From NCBI GenBank assembly GCA_038214195.1, contig JBBQSE010000002.1, positions 854-64,853 of the forward strand: a DNA stretch of 64,000 bases, in the 5' to 3' direction. This DNA is from Planctomycetales bacterium (lineage in GTDB: Bacteria; Planctomycetota; Planctomycetia; Planctomycetales; Planctomycetaceae). The notes beneath the pieces are model-generated. The model worked only from the letters and a program-made list of their open reading frames with translations, had not been told where the DNA came from and made no database searches. The translations under genes and the position numbers were made by a program. Shown here piece by piece: positions 7,910 to 16,765 of the stretch. Numbering within the stretch: the first letter of the stretch is position 1; the number at the start of each line of letters is the position of its first letter.

Positions 7910-9001
7910 ATGACGTCCATTTTTCGACCTGCCATTGATCGCATGGCCGGATACACACCCGGTGAGCAGCCTCAGGAAGGCGGCTGGGTGAAACTCAATA
8001 CGAATGAAAACCCGTACCCACCGTCTCCGAAAGTCGTGGAAGCGATCCAACGCGCGGCCGAGGGGCGATTGAATGTGTATCCGGATCCTTATGCGACTGG
8101 ATTTCGAAAGGCCGCTGCGAAACTTTTCGACGTCGATCCAGACTGGATACTGCCCGCCAACGGCAGCGATGAGAATCTCACCGTGATCACTCGTTCGTTT
8201 TGCGATGCCGATGAAACGATCGCCTATCCGTATCCAAGCTATGTGCTCTACGAATCGCTGGCTCAGATTCAGGGCTGTAAAGTCGTGCGGCTGAACCTCA
8301 ATTCCGACTGGCAATGGGATCCGGTTGATGCTGCCCGACTCCGACAGTCCGTTCGAGTTTTCTACGTTCCCAGTCCAAATTCTCCGACTGGCAATGTTTG
8401 GACCGCTGAGCAGCTTTCGAAGTTGCTGCCGGATCGCGGCGTGCTGGTTTTGGACGAAGCATACGGAGACTTTTGCCGCGTGCCTCATCGCGGTGAGCTG
8501 CTTCGCAATGATCTGTTCGACGGTCGTATCATCGTCACGCGAACCTTCAGCAAGTCCTACAGTCTCGCAGGCATCCGATTTGGCTTTGCGATCGCTCATC
8601 CGGATCTGATTAGTGGAATGCAGAAGGTCAAAGACAGTTACAACTGCGACACCGTCGCGATCGCGGCGGCGACCGCAGCGATGGAGGATCAGGACTGGAT
8701 GTTGCAAAATCGCGCGAAGATTCTCGCCACCCGAGACCGTTTGGCCGCTGCGTTACCGACATATGGTTATCGTGTGTATCCGAGCGAAGCAAATTTCCTG
8801 TGGACCACACATGCCACGGGCAAACATCGAGAACTTTACGAACAACTCAAGCAACGCAAGATCCTGATTCGTTACATGCGATTCCCGGATGCGCTGCCTG
8901 ACGGAGGAACGCTGGACGGGCTGCGGATCACTATCGGCACAGATGCTGAGATCGATCGAGTTCTCGAAGTCATGGCAGATGTGGTGAAAAGCGTCTCCTG
9001 A
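7910..9001 (+). CDS. hisC: Histidinol-phosphate aminotransferase
   Basis: 'LNTNENPYPPSP', 'YPDP', and the PLP-Lys block 'FSKSYSLAGIRFGF'. The ATG at 7910 (MTSIFRPAIDRMAGY) is preferred over the upstream extension from 7793. Confidence 0.9.
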   Translation: MTSIFRPAIDRMAGYTPGEQPQEGGWVKLNTNENPYPPSPKVVEAIQRAAEGRLNVYPDPYATGFRKAAAKLFDVDPDWILPANGSDENLTVITRSFCDADETIAYPYPSYVLYESLAQIQGCKVVRLNLNSDWQWDPVDAARLRQSVRVFYVPSPNSPTGNVWTAEQLSKLLPDRGVLVLDEAYGDFCRVPHRGELLRNDLFDGRIIVTRTFSKSYSLAGIRFGFAIAHPDLISGMQKVKDSYNCDTVAIAAATAAMEDQDWMLQNRAKILATRDRLAAALPTYGYRVYPSEANFLWTTHATGKHRELYEQLKQRKILIRYMRFPDALPDGGTLDGLRITIGTDAEIDRVLEVMADVVKSVS

Positions 9002-9191
9002 CAATCGCGGTTGTGCCGAATTTGACGGCCCCTCAACGCGAAGCCTGACGGAGTTCGGAGCGCCAGATCGACTTTCGGTCGATTCTTTGGGTTTAGGGCG
9101 CAAGATTGCGCGTCAATGGCAGCATGTGTGCTTCACGCAGTTCTCTTCGTTTGACACGATCCAACCGTTTTGAAGTTGCGCAGTTGTTTTG

Positions 9192-9278
9192 ATACCAACC
9201 CGAAGCGCCAGCGAGGCAACAAATTACGCCACTACTTTCGCGTGACGTTTTTGCCTCGCTGGCGCTTCGGGTTAGTAT
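9192..9278. repeat. Perfect 23-bp inverted repeat (long hairpin) in the hisC-hisB spacer
   Basis: AACCCGAAGCGCCAGCGAGGCAA (9197-9219) and its exact reverse complement (9251-9273), with a 31-nt loop. The ATAC/GTAT flanks extend the stem. Confidence 0.9.
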
Positions 9279-9388
9279 TGTTCGCGGTAATTTGACTTTG
9301 CGCGGCGGCGGCAATTCCGCAGCCGTTCGCGAAGAATCCCCAAGGCGCATACGTAAAACCTACGGCTCAATTCTACGGTACTTACAAC

Positions 9389-9982
9389 ATGACACGTTCT
9401 GCATCCATCACACGCAACACGGCCGAAACTCAGATTGAGTTGTCCATTAATCTGGACGGCACTGGTAAGTCAGAGATTTCAACCGGTGTGGGTTTCTTCG
9501 ATCACATGCTCACGCTGTTTGCGCGTCATGGCCTGTTTGATCTGACGGTCAAAGCGGTCGGCGATCTGCATGTAGATCAGCACCACACGGTCGAAGACGT
9601 TGGGATTTGTCTCGGACGCTGCCTCAATGAGGCCGTTGGTGACAAGAAAGGCATCTGCCGCTACGGACACATGACGCTGCCGATGGAAGAAACGCTGGTC
9701 ACGTCAGCCGTCGATCTAAGTGGCCGCATGGCGTTTGTCTACAAGGTCGCATTTCCAACGGAAAAAATTGGCGAGTTTGATACGCAGCTCGTGCAGGAAT
9801 TCTGGACAGCTGTTTCCAGCAACGCCCTGATGAATCTGCACATGCTGTTGCATCACGGTTCGAACAGCCATCACATCTCAGAAGGCATCTTCAAAGCGAC
9901 TGCGCGAGCACTGCGAATGGCCGTCAGCATCGATCCGCGTCAGCAGGGAGTGCCGAGTTCGAAGGGGACGCTGAACGGATAA
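9389..9982 (+). CDS. hisB: Imidazoleglycerol-phosphate dehydratase
   Basis: '[16 protein letters not shown]', 'GFFDHML', and '[14 protein letters not shown]' metal-binding motifs. Confidence 0.93.
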   Translation: MTRSASITRNTAETQIELSINLDGTGKSEISTGVGFFDHMLTLFARHGLFDLTVKAVGDLHVDQHHTVEDVGICLGRCLNEAVGDKKGICRYGHMTLPMEETLVTSAVDLSGRMAFVYKVAFPTEKIGEFDTQLVQEFWTAVSSNALMNLHMLLHHGSNSHHISEGIFKATARALRMAVSIDPRQQGVPSSKGTLNG

Positions 9983-11191
9983 TCACTCAAAGCACAGCAG
10001 ACGCCCGTTCTGCTGGTCTTCGCCTGCGACCATATGGCTCTCGCCGATCGCGATGCCGCCGTTGATTGGGCGACCTCCGTTGTGTTTCCAGACTTCTTTG
10101 CCAGTATCGAGATCGACACCGTACAAATTGCCGTCGCCGGAACCGACAAACAATCGGCGATCAACAACGGCGGCTGAACATTCGATGCGAGCCCGCGTCG
10201 TCAGCGTCCATTTTCCTTCGCCAGTCTTGCGATCGACGGCGTGGACGATTTTATCGTGACCGCCAACGATGACCAGGTCGTCGGTCACAACCGGTGAGGC
10301 ATGGAACGGACTGGGCCTCAAACCTGAGTACCGCCAGACGAACTCACCTTTCCGCCAATCGACACAGACGATTTCTCCCGAGTGCGTTCCGACGTACAAC
10401 AGGTCGCCATCGACAGCCGGTGATGCCACCAGGATCGATTCCAGTGGCATATCACGAAACTCTTTGCCGGTCTGCAGATCAATGACTCGCAGATGTTCGT
10501 CGCAGCCGGCAAGGAAGGTGAATGATCCCGCAATCGCCGGGGAACAGTTCACCCGGTCATTCGTTTGAAACTTCCAGATTTCCTCGCCCTTCAGACTTAC
10601 GCAGTACAGGAAGCTGTCGTGCGAAGCGAGCAACAGTTTGTCTTCGAACTGAGCCACGCAGCCCGCGATTTCAGCATCCGAAGCAAAGGCCCAAATCTTC
10701 CTGCCAGTTTCCCGGTCAAGCGCGTGCAGGACGCCGTCTTCGTCGCCCAGATAGATCATGGAAGCCGTGACCAGCGGAGCCGCCTTGAATCCCGGTGCAA
10801 ATTTTTTGGGATCCGGATCTTCAATCGACCGATACTTCCAGACTTCTTTGCCTGTCTTCAAATCCAGACAATGCAGATTTCCCGCCAACGCGGGGGCGTA
10901 GATAAAATCACCGACAATCGCCGCAGCCGATACCCAGCCGTCCGCTGAAGCAAACTCCCATTTCAATTTTGGTTCGGCCGACAGTTTTGATCCGGACACG
11001 CCACGCTGGTCTGGGGTGGCGCGAAAGGAAGGCCAACTGGCTGCTCCTGGCGCGTCGAGTCCGGCGAACGAGGTGGGCGCGGCTGAGGTGAGTTTCCCGG
11101 CAAGCTGCAGTCCGGCGACGGAAGCGATTCCGGTGCCCAGCTGTCGCAACGCAGCGCGACGGGAAGACTTGTGAAATGATGAACCGGACAT
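9983..11191 (-). CDS. PQQ-like (BamB-type) beta-propeller repeat protein with a Tat signal
   Basis: Twin-arginine signal 'SRRAALRQLGTGIASVAG'. Repeated 'G.l.a.D..tGk..W' blades occur throughout. Its stop abuts the hisB stop. Confidence 0.8.
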   Translation of the reverse strand: MSGSSFHKSSRRAALRQLGTGIASVAGLQLAGKLTSAAPTSFAGLDAPGAASWPSFRATPDQRGVSGSKLSAEPKLKWEFASADGWVSAAAIVGDFIYAPALAGNLHCLDLKTGKEVWKYRSIEDPDPKKFAPGFKAAPLVTASMIYLGDEDGVLHALDRETGRKIWAFASDAEIAGCVAQFEDKLLLASHDSFLYCVSLKGEEIWKFQTNDRVNCSPAIAGSFTFLAGCDEHLRVIDLQTGKEFRDMPLESILVASPAVDGDLLYVGTHSGEIVCVDWRKGEFVWRYSGLRPSPFHASPVVTDDLVIVGGHDKIVHAVDRKTGEGKWTLTTRARIECSAAVVDRRLFVGSGDGNLYGVDLDTGKEVWKHNGGRPINGGIAIGESHMVAGEDQQNGRLLCFE

Positions 11192-11236
11192 GGCAATGAT
11201 CCTGAGACGTAAACTGGCAACAGGACGTTGCCGGAA

Positions 11237-12451
11237 TCACAATGCGTTTCTGTACAGCGTCGCAAACGACGGTACGTCCATTGTTCGCGGATTGAACGTT
11301 CCTGTCCACTGTTGAGCGGCCTCAGTGGCCAGCTGCTTGATGACGGTTTCGTCGATTTCACTGTCAATCGCCAGCGAAATAGAAACCGGCATGTCGGCGA
11401 TCCGCAGAAATTCTGTAAACCCGTCCGCCAGCTGAAAAGGCGCGGATTCGAGTGTGGTCGCGGCGTTGTTCCATCCGGCCGTCATCACAAGATCGCGGTA
11501 GAGTTCGCCCACGACCTCGGCATTCCAGCGCACGACATGCGGCAGCATCAGGCCCACGGCGATACCGTGGATGGTGCCATAGTGCGCGGTGAGCGGATTT
11601 GCCGTCGCGTGAGTGGCCCCCAGCATGCTGTTTTCAATCGCGGCACCGGCAAGAAACGCGCCCAGCTGCATTCGACCGCGCGCCGCCAGATTGTGAGGTT
11701 CCCGGAGGACGATCGGAAACGCGGACGACAGCAGTTCCCACGCCTGCCGCGCGAACATCTGTGAGATCGAATTCCGTTTGGTCGTCACGTAGCTTTCGAT
11801 CGCGTGCGTCATCGCATCGATCCCGGTCGAAGCCGCTACTGAAGCTGGCATTGTCACAGTCAACTCCGGATCCAGAATTGCGATCCGACACGCCGCTTTC
11901 GGGTCGCCACATGCCATCTTCATGTGCGTCTTCGCGTCAGCAATGACAGCGAATGACTGTGCTTCACTGCCGGTCCCGGAAGTTGTGGGAACGGCGATCA
12001 TCGGCAGCATCGGGTGATTGGCTTTGCCAATGCCCTGATAGTCCTGCATCTTCCCGCCGTTGGTCAGAACGAAGTTGGCCCCCTTCGCACAGTCGATACT
12101 GCTGCCGCCGCCCAATCCCACAATCAGATCGATCTTCGCGGACTTTGCAAACGCAACGCAATTATCGACGTCGTCGCTTGTCGGATTCACCTGGACTTTA
12201 TCGAAGACCGCCATTTCCAGACCCGCGGCATGCAGGATCGACTCCGCTCGATCGCAATAGCCAGCGTTCCGGAGTCCAACGTCGGTCACAATAAGGATTC
12301 GACGGCCTCCAAGGTGCTGGGCAAGTTGACCCAACTGATCAATCGTGCCACATCCAAAAATCAGTCGCGTACGCTGATCGTAGTCGAATGCTGCCAGAGC
12401 CACCGAACGATCGGTGCTGGCGGAAAGTATGGGTTGGACGGGCAATTTCAT
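11237..12451 (-). CDS. Iron-containing (group III) alcohol dehydrogenase
   Basis: 'GLGGGSSIDCAKG' NAD/iron-ADH signature, plus His-rich metal ligands in 'HGIAVGLMLPHV'. Confidence 0.88.
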   Translation of the reverse strand: MKLPVQPILSASTDRSVALAAFDYDQRTRLIFGCGTIDQLGQLAQHLGGRRILIVTDVGLRNAGYCDRAESILHAAGLEMAVFDKVQVNPTSDDVDNCVAFAKSAKIDLIVGLGGGSSIDCAKGANFVLTNGGKMQDYQGIGKANHPMLPMIAVPTTSGTGSEAQSFAVIADAKTHMKMACGDPKAACRIAILDPELTVTMPASVAASTGIDAMTHAIESYVTTKRNSISQMFARQAWELLSSAFPIVLREPHNLAARGRMQLGAFLAGAAIENSMLGATHATANPLTAHYGTIHGIAVGLMLPHVVRWNAEVVGELYRDLVMTAGWNNAATTLESAPFQLADGFTEFLRIADMPVSISLAIDSEIDETVIKQLATEAAQQWTGTFNPRTMDVPSFATLYRNAL

Positions 12452-12603
12452 GAAGGGCCAGGTTGCGGGGCGGGATCACGGAGGGCTTGAGCAACGATGA
12501 AATTTGCTCAAAGGATAGCCTTCCGAACGGCGCACGACAACGCGGAAGCCTGAATTGCCGCAAGATCAGTGTTTCCTGCGGAATTGCGAATTGAAACTCG
12601 ACG

Positions 12604-12786
12604 CTACACGTCGTAATCGACCACGGTGTCGGCATCCCTCTGCCGGCACGACCAAAACAGAAAATCTACGCGGTCCAGCCACAATGACGTTTGTTGCGTT
12701 GAGAACATCAACTCGGCAGAATGCGTCACGGTGATGTGTTCGGTACAATCTGATTCTGTGGAAATAACCGGGGCGAGAATAAGCAT
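12604..12786 (-). CDS. Hypothetical 60-aa protein (tentative)
   Basis: An ATG is preceded by AGGAG at a 7-nt spacing, with a perfect TATAAT 18 nt upstream supplied by the end of repeat A2. No recognisable family. The listed ORF (to 13092) runs through the repeat and is rejected. Confidence 0.3.
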   Translation of the reverse strand: MLILAPVISTESDCTEHITVTHSAELMFSTQQTSLWLDRVDFLFWSCRQRDADTVVDYDV

Positions 12787-12802
12787 GGTGCCACTCCTTT
12801 TT

Positions 12803-12981
12803 GGATTATACTCCACGCGGCCTTGGAATGAGGCTGTCAATTCTCGTTCCAGGGCTCCAGCCCTGGAACGCACTGCACTGGAGGCTCCTGCCTCCAGTGA
12901 CAAGCGCGCGAGGCAGGAGCCTCGGGGGCAGTGTGTTCCGAGGCAGGAGCCTCGGAACAAGGACATCAATCCATACCGCGT
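12803..12981 (-). repeat. REP/MITE-like repeat family A, copy 2 (full length, inverted)
   Basis: The reverse complement aligns to 7186-7354 almost base-for-base, with the same four hairpin modules. Confidence 0.85.
12805..12810 (-). promoter_or_regulatory. Candidate -10 box (TATAAT) carried by the terminus of repeat A2
   Basis: The reverse strand reads GTGGAGTATAATCCAAAAAGGAGTGGCACCATG. The arrangement is -10, SD and start codon in canonical spacing. Confidence 0.3.
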
Positions 12982-13111
12982 GAACCATGGTGACCAATCC
13001 TGGCGTCCCGACGCCCCTGGATTTCCATGAGTTGTGCGTCGAAGATGTGATGAAATGGCGAACGCCACGTGAATTTTCCGTGAATAAGACACGATATGAG
13101 AATCTTCCGCG

Positions 13112-13801
13112 ATGAAAAAAGATGATTACCGGCGATGGTTCGCCGACCAGTTGCTGCTGCAAAATCGGCTGCTCATTGGTGCTGTCTCTGCTATGGCAGG
13201 ACTGGGCATTATTGCCACGTTGATGGAAGCGACGCTGTTTGCCGTCATTCTGAAGGCAACGGGGTTTGCTGGTTTTTGGGTGACGGCGATCCTTTACACT
13301 CTCGCTATTCAGGGGGCAATCCTGTTTGCCACCTGGATTCGGATGCCAAAGCAGCTGGCCGACGCAAAGCATGAAGCCGAGACGGAAGATGGCGTGACCA
13401 TGATTAGGATCGCACCAACGATGACCGCCGTCTGGACATACGCCCTTGGCAGTATGGAGACGGATCGCACTCCGGTCGAGCGATTGCTGGGGATGCTGGC
13501 GTTGCCTCAGCGACTGTTCTGCGCCGCGTATTTTACATGGCAGCGAATGGAGCAGCAGAAGACAATCGATGTTAATGAATGCTCCGCTGTCATCCGGATG
13601 ATTCACAGAAAAGCCGAGCGAGTTGAAGTCAAAGAAATTGCGGCGGAATTATCGCTGCCTGATCTGGCTGCGACGCTGAGGAACGTCTCACTGATCGATG
13701 GGGTTGTCTTCCTGACGCGCAGATCTGTGGGACTGAGCCTCGCCAACCGACTCACCGACGACATGGATGAATGGATGAAAAAACAACCCCGAGCCGAATA
13801 A
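13112..13801 (+). CDS. Hypothetical membrane protein with a C-terminal wHTH-like segment
   Basis: Three N-terminal hydrophobic helices. The C-terminal 'VKEIAAELSLPDLAATLRNVSLIDGVVFLTRRSVGLSLANRL' looks like helix-turn-helix plus wing. No family recognised. Confidence 0.55.
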   Translation: MKKDDYRRWFADQLLLQNRLLIGAVSAMAGLGIIATLMEATLFAVILKATGFAGFWVTAILYTLAIQGAILFATWIRMPKQLADAKHEAETEDGVTMIRIAPTMTAVWTYALGSMETDRTPVERLLGMLALPQRLFCAAYFTWQRMEQQKTIDVNECSAVIRMIHRKAERVEVKEIAAELSLPDLAATLRNVSLIDGVVFLTRRSVGLSLANRLTDDMDEWMKKQPRAE

Positions 13802-13823
13802 GCACTGAGCGGTTTACTATTCA

Positions 13824-13906
13824 CTTATCAGCCGGAACGCGCCAGCGTGCGGTTCTAAGAAAACCGTGAGCTAGCGCTCAGCGGCTAATTCAGTTACGAC
13901 ACTTAT
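13824..13906 (+). repeat. Hairpin repeat family C, copy 1
   Basis: 'CTTATCAGCCGGAACGCGCCAGCGTGCGGTTCT..AACCGTGAGCTAGCG..GCGGCT..ACGACACTTAT'. By hand alignment it has about 11 mismatches over about 83 nt to 27819-27901. Confidence 0.8.
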
Positions 13907-13965
13907 TGACTACTCGATGCTAAGTTTGACGTTTCCTGTCCACATACGATAAAGAGCTGTAATCA

Positions 13966-14259
13966 ATGGATGCCGCAGAAGTTCGAAAAGTTGCCAAGCT
14001 GGCTCGCCTGTCTCTGAGAGATGATGAGTTGGCAGAGTGCGGCAAACAACTGACGGTGATTCTGGACTACGTCGGCCTGCTGAACGAAGTCGATACCACA
14101 GACGTCGCCCCGATGTCACATCCCATCCCCGCGGAAAACGTGTTTCGCGACGACGAACAAACCGCCTCGCTTCCACGCGACGCGGCATTGGCCAACGCGC
14201 CAAAAACTGATGGTGCGTTTTTCCTGGTGCCAAAGATTCTGGAAGAAAAGGGCGCGTGA
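13966..14259 (+). CDS. gatC: Asp-tRNA(Asn)/Glu-tRNA(Gln) amidotransferase subunit C
   Basis: 'VRKVAKLARLSLRDDELAECGKQLTVILDYVGLLNEVDTTDVAPMSHP' is a canonical GatC sequence. Length 97 aa. Confidence 0.9.
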   Translation: MDAAEVRKVAKLARLSLRDDELAECGKQLTVILDYVGLLNEVDTTDVAPMSHPIPAENVFRDDEQTASLPRDAALANAPKTDGAFFLVPKILEEKGA

Positions 14260-14314
14260 GTGGCGGCCCTGCTGAAGCAATCCAGCCCCCGAGCGACCTT
14301 GCCGTCCATACTCT

Positions 14315-14917
14315 TCATTTCGATCGCGTGCGACTCTTTGTGATCGCCTTGCCGTGTGGCACGCTGACGTGTTTGCTGCCTGGCAGAAGGAATCGCCATT
14401 CTCGATCGAGCGCCACGCTGAGGCCGACGCGGACGTCTGCTGCAATCGTTGACGCATCGAAGTCTTCGGGGCGTGGTCTCAAGTGCCGACGGCGGGTGAG
14501 CAGAGACGAACCGTGGTCTTCACGCTGCAATGCGAGGGCCTGTCCAAGTTTACCGGGGCCGGAACATAACGCGGTAAACGATTCGGTCCGACGGCGAGAT
14601 TGAATTGATTGCAGTCCGCCAGCGGGCTCGATTGCGCGGATGAGCACGATGCCATCGCGAGTCAGCACGTTCAGCATCCAGTGAATGCCGTAGCTGATGT
14701 AGGCATACACAGTGCCGGGCGACTGCTGATTAAAGAATTCCCGCGCGGATGGTCGAAACGAGACGTGGCACGCCGGGTCATCGACGGCCGCGTAGGCTTC
14801 TGTCTCGACGATGATCCCCGCGACGCCGTCCCAATGCAGACTCGTTCCAATCATGTCCTGCGCCACTGTGACATGATGGCGGTCAAAGAATTCGATACTT
14901 AGTCTTTGAGTAATCAT
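14315..14917 (-). CDS. DNA-3-methyladenine glycosylase (MPG/AAG family)
   Basis: 'IVETEAYAAVDDPACH' and 'GTVYAYISYGIHWMLNV' motifs. The ATG at 14917 (MITQRL) removes the overlap with the upstream gene. Confidence 0.85.
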   Translation of the reverse strand: MITQRLSIEFFDRHHVTVAQDMIGTSLHWDGVAGIIVETEAYAAVDDPACHVSFRPSAREFFNQQSPGTVYAYISYGIHWMLNVLTRDGIVLIRAIEPAGGLQSIQSRRRTESFTALCSGPGKLGQALALQREDHGSSLLTRRRHLRPRPEDFDASTIAADVRVGLSVALDREWRFLLPGSKHVSVPHGKAITKSRTRSK

Positions 14918-14987
14918 GCTTGTCTTGTCACAGGAGTTGTGCGACTTCTGGCGCGGTACGTCGGCCCGCGAATTCTGACGAATCCGG

Positions 14988-16598
14988 CTACGGAACAGCA
15001 ACCGGCACTGCATATTCGTAACCGCCCTGGATGCCGAGCGGAAAACCCAGTTGCCAGTAAACAAACAGAAACGCCGACCAGAGAATCAGGAACGTAATCG
15101 AATACGGCAGCATGATTGACGTCACGGTTCCAATGCCGGTGCTCTTGACGTAACGCTGGCAAAAGACCACCACCAGCGGAAAATACGGCATCATCGGCGT
15201 GATGATGTTGGTCGTCGAATCGCCGACTCGATATGCCGCCTGCGTGAACTCGGGCGAGATCCCCAGAATCATCAACATGGGCACAAAGATTGGCGAAAGC
15301 ATCGCCCACTTCGCTGAAGCGGACCCGACCAGCAGGTTGATTGTCGCAGATAACAGGATGATCCCGGCAATCGTCACGGCAGGCGGAGCGTTGATGCTCT
15401 TGAGGAAATTGGCTCCCTTCACCGCCAGTAGCGCTCCGAAACCGGACTGCCCGAACGACGCGATGAACAACGCGGCGAAGAATACCAGCACCAGATAATA
15501 CCCCATTGACTCCATCGCTTTGCTCATCCCCTTGATCGCATCGCGATGCGTCTTAAATGTCCCGGAAATAAAGCCATGCACCAGGCCGGGAATCAGGAAG
15601 AAGATAAAAATCAGGGGCACGATCGATGCCATCAGTTTGGCTGCGGGTGGTCTGAGTGACGTCAATCGGCGATACAGTTCCCAGTCTTCCCCTTTCGGAG
15701 GTTTCGCCTGCAGCGCGGAACCCGGCGTCAACGCCCACCACGCCAGCAATCCGGCCAGGATCGCGATTGAGCCCAGAGCGCAGATCATTCCCAGATAGTC
15801 TCGTCGTTGCAGCTCGGGAAGTTTGGGCATGTCGTCCGGATCGCCGTCAATCACAGACGATTGCAGCTTCGGTTCGATCACGTAGTCCGTCAGCAGCCAG
15901 CCCAGGAGGACGATCACAAGGCTCGAAGCACCGGTGAAATACCAGTTGCACAGCGGATTGACGATGTAACTTTTATCGACCAGTTGCGCACCGGATGTCG
16001 TGAGTCCCGCCAGCAGCGGATCAATTCCCGACGGAATAAAATTCGCGCTGAATCCGCCGCTGACGCCCGCAAACCCTGCCGCGATTCCGGCCAGTGGATG
16101 CCGTCCCGCCGCATAGAAAATGACACCCGCCAGCGGAATCACCACGACGTATCCCGCGTCCGCCGCCGTGTGACTGACGACCGCGACCAGAACTACCATC
16201 GGCGTCAGCAGGCGTTTCGGTGTGAAACTCAGCAGCGTCTTGAGCAACGCATTGATGAAGCCGGAATGATCAGCGACGCCAACACCCAGCATCGCGACCA
16301 GCACGACTCCCAGCGGATGAAAGCCCACGAAGCTTTCCGTCATCGTAGAAAGAAAGTCCGCCAACTTTTCCAGCGTCAGCATGTTGACGATTTGGATAGG
16401 CTCCGTCTGGCCAGGAAGCGTTTCCGTAAACTCAACACTTGAGCACGCGGCGGACGTCATCCAGATCAGCAGAATCCCTAGCACAAACAGCATGGCGGGA
16501 TCGGGCAGCTTGTTGCCGAGCCATTCGACAAAGTCCAGAAACATCATCACCGGACCACGTCGTCTTATTGCGGGATCTTCGGAAGTCGTTTTGGCCAT
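14988..16598 (-). CDS. AbgT family (p-aminobenzoyl-glutamate-type) transporter
   Basis: 'MMFLDFVEWLGNKLPDPAMLFVLGILLIW' is the AbgT N-terminus, and the protein is polytopic. The ATG at 16598 is preferred. The listed 154-aa N-terminal extension is Arg/Cys-rich and overlaps the divergent promoter. Confidence 0.88.
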   Translation of the reverse strand: MAKTTSEDPAIRRRGPVMMFLDFVEWLGNKLPDPAMLFVLGILLIWMTSAACSSVEFTETLPGQTEPIQIVNMLTLEKLADFLSTMTESFVGFHPLGVVLVAMLGVGVADHSGFINALLKTLLSFTPKRLLTPMVVLVAVVSHTAADAGYVVVIPLAGVIFYAAGRHPLAGIAAGFAGVSGGFSANFIPSGIDPLLAGLTTSGAQLVDKSYIVNPLCNWYFTGASSLVIVLLGWLLTDYVIEPKLQSSVIDGDPDDMPKLPELQRRDYLGMICALGSIAILAGLLAWWALTPGSALQAKPPKGEDWELYRRLTSLRPPAAKLMASIVPLIFIFFLIPGLVHGFISGTFKTHRDAIKGMSKAMESMGYYLVLVFFAALFIASFGQSGFGALLAVKGANFLKSINAPPAVTIAGIILLSATINLLVGSASAKWAMLSPIFVPMLMILGISPEFTQAAYRVGDSTTNIITPMMPYFPLVVVFCQRYVKSTGIGTVTSIMLPYSITFLILWSAFLFVYWQLGFPLGIQGGYEYAVPVAVP

Positions 16599-16748
16599 GA
16601 TGAATTCCAGCCGGTGCCTATTAGTAGTCAAATGAGAGAAAACCTGCCGCGTGACGTCTTGCTCGATGCCTTCCGGTACCAACAATGCCGTCAGAGTGCT
16701 GTGATTTTTACGAAGCAAACCGTTCTGCGTCGAGTCTCCCGGTCGGGA

Positions 16749-16757
16749 TGTGATATT
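16749..16757 (+). promoter_or_regulatory. Candidate extended -10 (TGTGATATT) 8 nt upstream of the kinase ATG (possible leaderless mRNA)
   Basis: The sequence TGTGATATTCTGAGAGCATG has no SD in between. Motif reading only. Confidence 0.2.
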
Positions 16758-16765
16758 CTGAGAGC

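Noticed and set aside
7637-8707. 356-aa ORF antisense to hisC
   Set aside because: It lies entirely within, and opposite, a gene with unmistakable HisC motifs. Its translation is Arg/Ser/Cys-rich with no recognisable motif. This is a typical shadow ORF of GC-rich coding DNA.
9980-9985. hisB and the PQQ-propeller gene end back-to-back with zero intergenic nucleotides (TAA|TCA); a possible mis-called end was considered
   Set aside because: Both C-termini look complete relative to their families (hisB ends '...SSKGTLNG'; the propeller ends after its last blade). Abutting convergent stops are unusual but not anomalous.
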